Shown here in pieces: positions 8,068 through 16,736 of a stretch of 64,000 nt of DNA. The number at the start of each line of letters is the position of its first letter. Within the stretch, counting starts at the first letter, position 1. Made by a program: the position numbers and the translations under genes. Below the pieces are notes generated by a model that ran no database searches, had not been told where the DNA came from, and was given only the letters and a program-made list of their open reading frames with translations. This stretch comes from a virus (lineage: Duplodnaviria > Caudoviricetes): positions 32,356-96,355 of the IMG/VR virus record IMGVR_UViG_2841531823_000001; one strand, 5' to 3'.

Positions 8068-9647
8068 ATGGCGAGGCCTCCTGATGTGCGGCGGCGCGGC
8101 CGGCGGGGTGCGGAGATGAGGGCGGGATTGAAACCTTGCGCCCATTGGCGGAACGCGTCGGCGGCTTCGGAATGGCCTTCCAGCTTCTCGGGCTCGTGCG
8201 ACCAGACGCCGAGGCGCTGGTTCCATTTCTTGCGGTAGAGGCCGAGGTGATCGAGGCCGGCCTTGCAGGCTTCTGCGTCGAACCACGCCTGCCCGAACTT
8301 GGCCCGCGTCAGGTCAATGCCGTGCTGAATGGTCTCGACGCGCGGCACGATGTGCCATGTCCAGTCGGGTGCGAGCTCGGACAGCATGTCGAGCGGCGCG
8401 GCGATGCGGTCGGCCACCTGCCGCTCGTGTGTGGCGTCGTGGGGCAGGAACATCCCGCCGAAGATGTAGCCGGTCTCGCGCAGGCGCCGGACAAAGTGGC
8501 TGTAGCCCTCGCCCCAACCCTCCATGAAGCCGATGAACCGGTCCTGTGTCCCGACGTACTGGTGAAGCCAGATGGCCGTGCCGTCGCCTGCGCCGATGTC
8601 CCAGAACGTGTTGACGCGGACCTGCTCGATGTAGGGGACGCGGCTGATCCGCCCCTGGACACGCGCGCGGGCCAGCTGCGGGGCGTAGAAGGTGCCCTCG
8701 GTGGACTTGCGCCAGCACTCGGCCGAAGTGCTGGGCATCTCCTGCCACATCTTCTCGCCGTCGCCGGCGAAATCGTTCTCGCGCTTGGCGATGTACCAGG
8801 CGCGCTGACGCGGCGAGATCTTCGTGCCGGTCTCGGCCTCGACCTCGGCGAAGTACGCGGCATCGGCGGGCGTAATGAGGATGCCGGTGGGGTCGACCTG
8901 ATAGCCGGGATCGCGCCACCATGGGAAGAAGTGGAACTTCCACTCGGTGTCCGCGAGGAGCTTGCCGATCTGCGCCAGCGCCTCGGCCCGCGTGGCAATG
9001 TCATAGAAGGCGCCGCTCTGGCCCTCGGCCGTGGACTCGATGATCGCGATGCCGGTGAGCGGGACGGCCGGAAGCGAGCCGGTGACAATCTCCTTCGCCT
9101 TCTCTGGGAACTTGGCCGCGATCTTGCCCATCTCGGAGACGTGCAAACGGTGGATGGTGCCCGAGCGCATGGAGGTGGCGACGCGGATCGCCGAGTTGTT
9201 GTGCGCGAACCAGAGCTCCTTGGCGCTGTCCCGGGCGAGCGGCATCCGTTCGCGGATCGGCTCGGGAAGGTTCTGATAGGCGAACTTCACCTTGTCGCGG
9301 AAGATCGTGGCGGCGTCTTCGAGGCTGTGCGCGATGATGCCGACACGCTGATCGGGGACGAAGAGGGCGTGGTCCAGCCACATGATCGCGATGACGGTGG
9401 TGAACCCCAGCTGCCGCGCCTTCAGGATGACGTTGCGATAGTGGAGCGCGTCGATGAACTCGCGCTGCGCCTGGTTGGGGATGAAGGGCATGACGTGCCC
9501 CTCGGTGTCCTCGTCCCCCTTGACCATGATCTTGTAGAGCTGGCCGCTGAACAGGCGCCAGCGAGGGGACCGGAGGCACGCGGCCCAATCCTCGGCCGTC
9601 TGCGGCACGAATGCCGGATCCACCTCGACCGGTCCGATGGCGCTCAT
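8064..9647 (-). CDS. Terminase large subunit
   Basis: Walker A ILKARQLGFTT, LHVSE, IIESTAEG, nuclease FWDIG and HSEAADAFR. Confidence 0.93.
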   Translation of the reverse strand: MSAIGPVEVDPAFVPQTAEDWAACLRSPRWRLFSGQLYKIMVKGDEDTEGHVMPFIPNQAQREFIDALHYRNVILKARQLGFTTVIAIMWLDHALFVPDQRVGIIAHSLEDAATIFRDKVKFAYQNLPEPIRERMPLARDSAKELWFAHNNSAIRVATSMRSGTIHRLHVSEMGKIAAKFPEKAKEIVTGSLPAVPLTGIAIIESTAEGQSGAFYDIATRAEALAQIGKLLADTEWKFHFFPWWRDPGYQVDPTGILITPADAAYFAEVEAETGTKISPRQRAWYIAKRENDFAGDGEKMWQEMPSTSAECWRKSTEGTFYAPQLARARVQGRISRVPYIEQVRVNTFWDIGAGDGTAIWLHQYVGTQDRFIGFMEGWGEGYSHFVRRLRETGYIFGGMFLPHDATHERQVADRIAAPLDMLSELAPDWTWHIVPRVETIQHGIDLTRAKFGQAWFDAEACKAGLDHLGLYRKKWNQRLGVWSHEPEKLEGHSEAADAFRQWAQGFNPALISAPRRPRRRTSGGLAI

Positions 9648-10354
9648 TGGTCCGTCTGCCGCTTGATCGGCAGGGGCGTGCCCTGCGCGGCCGCGATGAG
9701 ATCGGCGAGGCCGTCAGTGACGCCGTGCTCGACCTTCTCTTTCAGGAGCCCCTTGTGCTTGGCGAGGACGTCGAACGCCTTCTCCTTCGAGGCCATGATG
9801 AACTCGATGCCGTTGCGCGTTTCCTTCACGCCCTCGAACAGGAGGGCCGCGGCGCCGGACAGGTCTCGGGTGTCTGCGAACCGGGTGTAGGGGATGCCGA
9901 GGCCAGCGCACTCAGGGCAGGCGGGGTTGGGCTTCTCGGTGAGCCTGTAGCCGAAGCCTCCTGCATCCGATGGCAAGGGCTTCCCGGCATCCTCGGCCTT
10001 GTCGCATTCCTCGCGCCACTCGCGCAGGGTCTTCCACTGGTACTGGTGATCGACGCCCCAGCAGTAGCGGCAGGCCCCGACGTGATGGGCGGTGAGCTCG
10101 CGCGGGTCGGCTTGCAGGATGGTGGCGGCGCGGGCGAGGAGGGCGTCTGCATCTAGCTCAAGCCGCTCGAACCGGGCGGCCTGGGCTTCGGCTATGGCCG
10201 CGGCGATCAGTGGTTTTCTGAGGTTTTCCGATCCGATGGCTTCGGCCGTCTTGGCGCTGTAACCGGCCCTGATGGCGGCTTGGGTGGCATTCAGGTCGAT
10301 CAGGTATTCCCTGACGAATGCCTCTTGCCGCGCTGTGAGGGACGTCCTGCCCAC
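9644..10354 (-). CDS. Terminase small subunit with Zn-finger insertion
   Basis: FVREYLIDLNATQAAIRAGYS motif; CRYC...CPEC. Confidence 0.88.
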   Translation of the reverse strand: MGRTSLTARQEAFVREYLIDLNATQAAIRAGYSAKTAEAIGSENLRKPLIAAAIAEAQAARFERLELDADALLARAATILQADPRELTAHHVGACRYCWGVDHQYQWKTLREWREECDKAEDAGKPLPSDAGGFGYRLTEKPNPACPECAGLGIPYTRFADTRDLSGAAALLFEGVKETRNGIEFIMASKEKAFDVLAKHKGLLKEKVEHGVTDGLADLIAAAQGTPLPIKRQTDQ

Positions 10355-10505
10355 GATCCTGCCTCCTGCCTGTGGCTCGCAATGTGAACCAGATCGGCGG
10401 AATCGGCAAGATGTTGGGCCTTGGAGGCGCACGATGCCCAGATGTCGGGCCTATGAGGCTTTCTGGCGGCGTGCATAATGCCCGCGGATTGAAGCGGAGG
10501 GCACG

Positions 10506-10676
10506 ATGGACGCGAGATTGATCCTGATGGTGGTGGCGCTGGTGGTGGCGGCCGTCATGCTGCGGTGGGATGTGCAGCCCTTGGCCTCCAACAACTCGGT
10601 GGTGCTGGACCGCTGGAGCGGGAGCCTGACGTTCTGCTCGGGCAATAAGTGCTTCCCGGGCCGGTATGAGCCATGA
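10506..10676 (+). CDS. Small membrane/exported protein, 56 aa, not in the ORF track
   Basis: GGAGG RBS; MDARLILMVVALVVAAVMLRWDVQPLASNNSVVLDRWSGSLTFCSGNKCFPGRYEP. Confidence 0.6.
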   Translation: MDARLILMVVALVVAAVMLRWDVQPLASNNSVVLDRWSGSLTFCSGNKCFPGRYEP

Positions 10677-10700
10677 AAAAGCCCCGCGAAGGCGGGGCCT
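10676..10700 (-). terminator. Terminator between convergent small genes
   Basis: GGCCCCGCC-TTC-GCGGGGCTTTTT on the minus strand. Confidence 0.6.
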
Positions 10701-10723
10701 GAGAGGGGGCGGCGCGGGTCGAC

Positions 10724-10945
10724 CTAGGTCCGCGGGGGCCGGTCCGGTGCGGGATGGCATCCCTTACGCATGATCCTGATGCCCTGTTGCAGGGTGATCT
10801 CGGTCCCGGCCCAGACAGGCAGTGCGGCCTCGAATGCAGCCAGGGCGAGGCTAAAGTGCAGGGCGCCGGCGAGCTCCTCACAATGGTTTCCGTCGCTGCT
10901 CCAGCGCATCACCTTGTACGGGAAGTCGAATAGGGTGGTGCGCAT
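10724..10945 (-). CDS. Small protein under a LexA box, candidate antirepressor
   Basis: AAGGAGG RBS, MRTTLFDFPYKVMRW..., own promoter. Confidence 0.65.
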   Translation of the reverse strand: MRTTLFDFPYKVMRWSSDGNHCEELAGALHFSLALAAFEAALPVWAGTEITLQQGIRIMRKGCHPAPDRPPRT

Positions 10946-10964
10946 CTGGGCCTCCTTTTCGGTC

Positions 10965-10995
10965 GGAACATAGAGGGAACTTCTGCGCGCGCAAG
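10965..10995 (-). promoter_or_regulatory. LexA box overlapping a sigma70-like promoter
   Basis: GAACatagaggGAAC at 10966-10980 (alphaproteobacterial GTTC-N7-GTTC); minus-strand TTGCGC-N16-TATGTT. Confidence 0.75.
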
Positions 10996-11016
10996 GACGA
11001 AAGCCGCTGGCGCCTT

Positions 11017-11271
11017 TCAGAGGCCCCGCGACGCAAGCCACCGCTTAAGCTCTGCCACGCGGGCCCGAGAATTGAGGCCGCCGCGCGGGCTGCAGGCGAT
11101 CTGGAAGCGCGCCTCCTCGCCCGACGGCAGACGGATCATCAGGCCGGGGTGTCCCTTGCCCTCGGGCGGCACGACGCGATGCCGGAGCCCGAGGGTGTCG
11201 AGGTGCCGCGTGAGCGCCTGGTAGTCGGCATTCGTGCGGACTCGCTGGATCAGGCGGCACTTGCTGCCCAT
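11017..11271 (-). CDS. Hypothetical protein, possibly HicA-like fold
   Basis: Basic, 84 aa, GKGHPGL...IACSP pattern. Confidence 0.55.
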   Translation of the reverse strand: MGSKCRLIQRVRTNADYQALTRHLDTLGLRHRVVPPEGKGHPGLMIRLPSGEEARFQIACSPRGGLNSRARVAELKRWLASRGL

Positions 11272-11272
11272 G

Positions 11273-11872
11273 TCAGCGGGCTTTCGGGCCGACCGCGGCG
11301 CACACGGCATCGAGGCGCTTGCGCAGGCTGTCCAGGGTCTTTTGCGTGGCCTCGATCTCGGCGCGGATGGCGCGCATCTCGTCGTTCTCGCCGGCGGGCC
11401 CGTAGAGGTCTTCGCGGATCTCCGCGACCCAGCCCGGCATGATGTTCGGGCCAATGGCCTCAGCTATGGTCTTGTCGGTGTCGGTGCCCCGGTAGCGCGC
11501 GCCCGCGGTGTCATAGGCCATGTCGAGCATGGCGATGATCTCGCGCTTCTGCTCGCGGGTTGGTTGGCGCAGGGGCGCGAGCGCGGCGAGGCTCTTGCCT
11601 TCGATGGTGGCGGGCTTGGCGGTCATGGGTGGTGTCTCCTCGGGGTTGATCGATTTTCGGTCCAGTTTGCAGGTCGGGCAGCGGAGCCGACCGCGGACGC
11701 GCGCCCATCCGTGCGCACTGAGCTTGCGGTGCGCCTGTCCCTCGTTGGGGACCCAGCGGTTGCCTGGGCGGCGCTCGTAATCGCAGGTGATGGTCTGCTC
11801 GGCGCCGCAGTCGTCGCATTTGGCTGTGACCTGCGGCACGCCCCGGGCGCTGCGAGGGATGGCGATCAGCAT
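11273..11872 (-). CDS. Hypothetical Zn-finger protein
   Basis: CDDC...CPTC; coupled start. Confidence 0.65.
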   Translation of the reverse strand: MLIAIPRSARGVPQVTAKCDDCGAEQTITCDYERRPGNRWVPNEGQAHRKLSAHGWARVRGRLRCPTCKLDRKSINPEETPPMTAKPATIEGKSLAALAPLRQPTREQKREIIAMLDMAYDTAGARYRGTDTDKTIAEAIGPNIMPGWVAEIREDLYGPAGENDEMRAIRAEIEATQKTLDSLRKRLDAVCAAVGPKAR

Positions 11873-12510
11873 CACGACCCCTCGCGGTCGGCCGCCCATG
11901 CGCGGCTAGTCTGGATGAGGTTGTTGCCCTCGCGCGCTGCCCGGACGCAGGCCATGTAGTCGGGATCGTCCTCGCGGTTGCGGCGAGGCTCGGGGACTGG
12001 CGCCTCTGCCTCGCCCCAGCTGCTCGCCATGGGGGCCCGGCGGATCGCCTCCATGCGGGCGGGCGTGAACCCGGCGCGGGCGAGGATCTCGGCGGCGGCG
12101 TCCTTGTCGACCGGATGGCGCTCGGGCTCGGGCGGGGGTGCGGCGGCGCGGCGGCGGGCGAGTTCGTCGGTGAACTCCTTCAGGGCGGCCTCGGACAGGC
12201 TCACGATGTCGGCCGGCGTCGGCCGGCGCTTGCCGGTCCTCTCCCATGCGTCGAACCCGCGGGCCACGGCCCACGGCGGGAGGTTGCCGAGGGCCACGGC
12301 GAACCGCTCGATGATCTCGGCGCGGGCGACGTCATCGCTGGCGGCGTCGTAGTAGAGGGCGAGGCAGCGGCGGGTGCGGTCGAGCGTGTACGCCCTATCG
12401 CCACGAGTCTGGATCGCTCGGATCAGGTCCGGGGTCGATTTCGCCCGCGGCGACGCGACGGACGTACTCGCGGTGCTTGGCTGCAAAGCCCGGTTCTCGG
12501 TTGCGTCCAT
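11872..12510 (-). CDS. Replication-associated protein, possible helicase loader
   Basis: Overlaps the initiator 3' end like a lambda O/P pair; LPPWAV...RRPTPADI. Confidence 0.55.
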   Translation of the reverse strand: MDATENRALQPSTASTSVASPRAKSTPDLIRAIQTRGDRAYTLDRTRRCLALYYDAASDDVARAEIIERFAVALGNLPPWAVARGFDAWERTGKRRPTPADIVSLSEAALKEFTDELARRRAAAPPPEPERHPVDKDAAAEILARAGFTPARMEAIRRAPMASSWGEAEAPVPEPRRNREDDPDYMACVRAAREGNNLIQTSRAWAADREGS

Positions 12511-13267
12511 GCGGCTGGACTCCTCTGGCTGGTGGGGTCTTGGAAGGATCGAGCGGCGGAGCGGCGATGGCCGCGGCAAGGCGCTCGATGCCGGGGCGGA
12601 AGTAGCGGAGGGTGCTGGGCGGGCCGTCGCGCTTGCCCGCCATCATTTCCGTGACGACGGACAGGATCTCGGCCTCGCCGATGCCGGGCATGGCGGCCCA
12701 GCGGGCGACCTCCTCCATGTCGGCGCGGGTGCCGATCTGGCGACCACCGGGGCCGATGAGTCCCGAGACGGGATCAGCACCGCAGGCGGCGAGGATGCGC
12801 TCGCGGAGCGTCGTTTCGGCCCCGCGCGTACTACCACCACCACCTATATCTACTGTGGGTATGGGTGTGGGTGTGGGTGTGGGGGCATCCGCTGGGCATT
12901 CGTTTGGCAATGCCGCGGCATCAGTCTTTTTTGTTTTCTTCCAACGGGTTGCCGCTTTGTCGGCTTGCGATGCGCTTTTTTTGGACACAAATGCGCGTTC
13001 CTTAACGAGCCTCTTTTGCGTCCAAGTTTTCCGTCTTCCGTCGCGGCGCCAGAACTGCATGACCACCGGACGGACCTCCTGCCAGCGGTCGAGAGGCAGT
13101 CCGGCGAGGCGGGCGAGCAGGCGGTCATCATCTGGCAGGCTGCATTCCGGCCGGCGCCACGCCTCCATCATCAGGAGCAGGTACGCCCCATGCTCCTCAG
13201 TGTTTAGGTGCCGCGTGTCCGCGAGGTAGGCATCGGTGAAGAGCGGCAGGGCAGGAAACTCGGCCAT
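12395..13267 (-). CDS. Replication initiator-like protein, YdaU/DUF1376 family
   Basis: LPLFTDAYLADTRHL..EEHGAYLLL..LPDDDRLLARLA..QKRL. Confidence 0.85.
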   Translation of the reverse strand: MAEFPALPLFTDAYLADTRHLNTEEHGAYLLLMMEAWRRPECSLPDDDRLLARLAGLPLDRWQEVRPVVMQFWRRDGRRKTWTQKRLVKERAFVSKKSASQADKAATRWKKTKKTDAAALPNECPADAPTPTPTPIPTVDIGGGGSTRGAETTLRERILAACGADPVSGLIGPGGRQIGTRADMEEVARWAAMPGIGEAEILSVVTEMMAGKRDGPPSTLRYFRPGIERLAAAIAAPPLDPSKTPPARGVQPHGRNREPGFAAKHREYVRRVAAGEIDPGPDPSDPDSWR

Positions 13268-13319
13268 CAGACCCTCCTCGGGTCACAATCCGGGGCACAT
13301 GCGCGGGCTTGCGAAAGGG

Positions 13320-14312
13320 TCATTCAGCAGCCCTCGCGAATAGGTCGCCGGTGTGCCCGGCGACGGACAGGATCCGGTCGTGCATGAGATCGATGCTGTC
13401 CGGGTTCAGTTCGCACAGGATCGCCTTGCGCCCGTGCTTCAGCGCGACGCCGCCGGTCGTGCCGCTGCCGCCGAAGGGGTCCAGTACCACGCCTCCGACC
13501 GGCGCGCCGGCAAGGATGCACGGCTCGATCAGCTGCGGCGGGAAGGTCGCGAAGTGCGCGCCGCTGTAGGGCTTGGTCGTGACGGTCCAGACGGAGCGAC
13601 GGTTGCGGAGACCGCCGACGCCGTTCCATTGCTCATCATTTCCGCGGGCCGTCCCGTCCGCGTTCCCATAGCTCAGTCGTGCACCGCGCTTGAAGCCGTT
13701 GCCGCTCGGGTGGTCACTGACGGCCGGCTCCTTGATCGCCTCATGATCGAAGGAATAGCGTCGGCTCTTCGTGAGCATGTAGATCATCTCGTGCGCCGGC
13801 GTCGTGCGATCCGTCACGCTCGACGGCATCGGGTTCGGCTTGTGCCAGACGATCTCGTCGCGGAGCCACCAGCCGTCAGCCTGGAGCGCGATGGCGAGCC
13901 GGGCAGGGATCATCATGCGATCCTTCACCTTGAAGCCCGGCGGGCAGCGGTTGGCGCGCTTCGGATGGTTGGCTATCTGAGATCCGCGCCACGAAGCCGC
14001 CGCGGCTTCGGTCTCGCGGCGGCCCTCGGCGCCCCAGCTGCCAGCGTAGCTGTCGCCGATGTTGATCCAGCATGTGCCGTCATCACGAAGGACTCGGCGA
14101 ACCTCCCGGAACAGATCGACCAGTCGCGCAATGAATGCGTCCGGGGTCTCCTCGAGCCCGATCTCGAGCGCCTTGTCCGGGTGATCGTCCGGAAGGTAGG
14201 AGCGTAGACCGAAATAGGGCGGGCTGGTGACGCATGTGTGGACGTTGCAATCCGGCAGCGTGCTCAGCGACGCGAGGCAGTCTCCGGGCATGATGGTGAT
14301 GCCGGGGATCAT
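13320..14312 (-). CDS. N4-cytosine/N6-adenine DNA methyltransferase, beta class
   Basis: VTSPPY before HFATFP and VLDPFGGSGTT. Confidence 0.92.
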   Translation of the reverse strand: MIPGITIMPGDCLASLSTLPDCNVHTCVTSPPYFGLRSYLPDDHPDKALEIGLEETPDAFIARLVDLFREVRRVLRDDGTCWINIGDSYAGSWGAEGRRETEAAAASWRGSQIANHPKRANRCPPGFKVKDRMMIPARLAIALQADGWWLRDEIVWHKPNPMPSSVTDRTTPAHEMIYMLTKSRRYSFDHEAIKEPAVSDHPSGNGFKRGARLSYGNADGTARGNDEQWNGVGGLRNRRSVWTVTTKPYSGAHFATFPPQLIEPCILAGAPVGGVVLDPFGGSGTTGGVALKHGRKAILCELNPDSIDLMHDRILSVAGHTGDLFARAAE

Positions 14313-14668
14313 GACTCGCGGATCCTGTATCCCATTGCCTCGGCCGCGGCCTTGCGGACGATATAATCGCGGGTGCGCATTCCCTTGGAATCCTCGTAGA
14401 CGCGCGCCCAGCCCTCCCGGCGGTCCTCATAGGAGAAGTCGACGGTGAGGCGCATTGGGCGGCCCGAGGGTGTGCGGAGCGGCCCGGCGGGCCCCTCGAG
14501 CATGATGGCGACTTGGAGCTGCAGGTCGCGGATCTCGCCCGCGCGCTCGAGGAGCAGCAGCTCGCCGTAGCGCCGGGCCTCGCGCTTGCTGTCGAAGGTG
14601 ATGCCATTCACGGTCGTCGGGACCGCGCAGAACTTGTTGCGGCGCGGGCGCTTCACAGGAGGCTTCAT
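14309..14668 (-). CDS. DUF1064 family PD-(D/E)xK nuclease-like protein
   Basis: NKF...GITFDSKREARRY...DF.Y..EDSKG. Confidence 0.85.
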   Translation of the reverse strand: MKPPVKRPRRNKFCAVPTTVNGITFDSKREARRYGELLLLERAGEIRDLQLQVAIMLEGPAGPLRTPSGRPMRLTVDFSYEDRREGWARVYEDSKGMRTRDYIVRKAAAEAMGYRIRES

Positions 14669-14877
14669 GCCGCCACCTTGCGCCTGAACGCGGCGCCGCA
14701 CTCGATGGGCCCCTCGGCCTCGATCTCGCCGCGCGATTCCAGATCGGCGAGCGCCTGCAGGATGTGGATCACCGGGACGAAGCGGAGCGGCGCGAGTAGG
14801 GAAGCATCCCAAGGGGTGAGGCTGCGGCCATCGACCAGAGCGGCGAGGAGCGTCTCGCAGATCGCATCGTGCGTCAT
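14665..14877 (-). CDS. Hypothetical protein
   Basis: ATGA-coupled in the operon. Confidence 0.55.
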   Translation of the reverse strand: MTHDAICETLLAALVDGRSLTPWDASLLAPLRFVPVIHILQALADLESRGEIEAEGPIECGAAFRRKVAA

Positions 14878-15083
14878 GCGCGCGCCTCCCGCTGGGCCCG
14901 CTCAAGCGCGCGCACCGGGTCGTCATAGAAGCTCCGGTATCGGCCATGCGCCCGATCGCACAGGCCACGATAGAGCCTGAGCCAGTTGGGCATCGCGCGG
15001 AGGGGCTCGGTGGCGCTCCATGCGCCGCGCTGCATGGTGAATGTGCCGTCGTCGTTCAGGGTGACGGCCATGGGATCAGGCAT
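14874..15083 (-). CDS. Hypothetical protein
   Basis: GGAG RBS, MPDPMAV... Confidence 0.55.
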   Translation of the reverse strand: MPDPMAVTLNDDGTFTMQRGAWSATEPLRAMPNWLRLYRGLCDRAHGRYRSFYDDPVRALERAQREARA

Positions 15084-15657
15084 CGCTGGTCTCCACATCT
15101 GGGGTGAATTTGTCGATCTCGTTGCCGAACGCGGCCCATCCGGGCCGCTGGGCGCGGGCGAACATCTCGAGCCGCCGCGTCTCGGGGAATCGGCGCTCGA
15201 TCTGCTCATGCACCCACCCGGGCTTGCGGGAGTGCTCGCGCTGCTCGCCGGGGATGATGCTGTCGGGGAACATGGCGGGCAGTTCGACGGGGAACCGACC
15301 GCGGCGGCCGATGTAGAGCAACTCGTGCCGGTTCCGGGCGTAGTAGCCGGTCCCGATCCGGGTCTTCGGCCAGACCAGCTGCGAGCCATAGGCGAATCCC
15401 CAGGAGCGCAAGACGCGGAACGCGCGCTCCGCGAAAGGCACCGTCACCCACATGAGACAGAGGGCGTCAGGGGCAGCGATGGCCTTGACGGGCAGGGCCT
15501 CGATCTCGCCCACCTTCATGCAGCGGTAGTGCCGGATCGCATTGCGGCCGGGCTTGTTCTCGGAGTTGCTGGCAAAGCGCCACGGCGGATCCGCGAGGAT
15601 CACGTCGAAGCCACCGGCCGGGCGCATTTCGATGAGCTCGCGCGCTGCGTCGTTCAT
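15076..15657 (-). CDS. MT-A70 family adenine methyltransferase
   Basis: VILADPPW, REHSRKP, LEMFAR, GWAAFGNE. Confidence 0.9.
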   Translation of the reverse strand: MNDAARELIEMRPAGGFDVILADPPWRFASNSENKPGRNAIRHYRCMKVGEIEALPVKAIAAPDALCLMWVTVPFAERAFRVLRSWGFAYGSQLVWPKTRIGTGYYARNRHELLYIGRRGRFPVELPAMFPDSIIPGEQREHSRKPGWVHEQIERRFPETRRLEMFARAQRPGWAAFGNEIDKFTPDVETSDA

Positions 15658-16736
15658 TCGCACAACCCGTACTGGCTGGAGCACGCGAGACCATCCTCGG
15701 CCGCGATGCGGTCGAGCAAGTTGAACTGGCGGCCGCCGCGGTCCGTGGTGGCCCACAGGAACACTTCGTCGGCCCGAGGCCACGGCGCGCTGGCGCTGAT
15801 CTCGGCCATGCGCGCGGTCAGGCGGGCGGCGAAAGCGGGCGATGGCTTGCCGTCCTCGGTCGCCTCGGGGATGTCTGGGTGGTGCCGCAGCACCCACGCC
15901 CGGGCCTGCCGCTTGAGGCGGCGGCCCAGAGCCGCACCTTCCGGCGTCACGTCCGAGGCAAAGAAGGTCGCGGCGCCGCGCTTGGAGGCGTCCTTGACCA
16001 GCGACTCCCACGCCATGAGCTTCTCGACCGCCTCGGGGAAGCGGCGGCCGATCTCCGCCAGCTCGCCCTTGCCCGCGTTGATGCAGGGGAAGCAGCCGAC
16101 ACGGCCCATGCCCTGCCGATAGAGGGGGTTTGGAGGCAGGCCGCGGCGCGCGAGGTGGGCGAACACGTCAGCCGCGGTCCATGTCGCGATGGGCCGGTAG
16201 AACACGATGTCATGCGCCGCATCGGACCGCCGCACCCGCTGCAGGATCGGCGCGTCCCGGCGGTTCAGGCTCTCGTCGCGGCGCACGCCCAGCCATTGCA
16301 CCACCGGGCCGGCGTCGAGGGCCGGCCGCACGATGCCGTCCTCGATGGTGCGGGATTTCAGGAAATCGGTGCAGAACTGCGCCTTGCGCGACGGGAACCG
16401 CCCCTTCCAGATGCAGAGATCGAGGAACGGGTTTCCGGTCGGCTGCAAGACTTCCAGAGCGCGGGCGACACGATCCGCCGGCACGCCCTTGGCCAGCCAG
16501 TCCGCTTCGACCATGGCGCGCTTGCGGGCCAGCTGCTCGGAGAAGTCGGCCCGGGCGATCTCGAGCGGGCGGCCGACGAACTCGGCGACCTGATGGGCAT
16601 AATCGACCGTTACCGGGGCCTCGTGTCCAGTATCGGCCATCACGAGGCGGAACGGGCGCCCGCGCTCGGCCGCGAGGAGCGCACAGGCCGCGCTATCCTT
16701 GCCGCCGGAGACGTTGACGATGTGTTGGGTTGTCAT
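15654..16736 (-). CDS. PAPS reductase family protein
   Basis: PP-loop VSGGKDS, ADTGHE, FCTDFLK, GVRRDES..R, RVGCFPC. Confidence 0.9.
   Translation of the reverse strand: MTTQHIVNVSGGKDSAACALLAAERGRPFRLVMADTGHEAPVTVDYAHQVAEFVGRPLEIARADFSEQLARKRAMVEADWLAKGVPADRVARALEVLQPTGNPFLDLCIWKGRFPSRKAQFCTDFLKSRTIEDGIVRPALDAGPVVQWLGVRRDESLNRRDAPILQRVRRSDAAHDIVFYRPIATWTAADVFAHLARRGLPPNPLYRQGMGRVGCFPCINAGKGELAEIGRRFPEAVEKLMAWESLVKDASKRGAATFFASDVTPEGAALGRRLKRQARAWVLRHHPDIPEATEDGKPSPAFAARLTARMAEISASAPWPRADEVFLWATTDRGGRQFNLLDRIAAEDGLACSSQYGLCE

Noticed and set aside
5433-9890. Long + strand ORFs (679 and 584 aa)
   Set aside because: Antisense to portal and terminase
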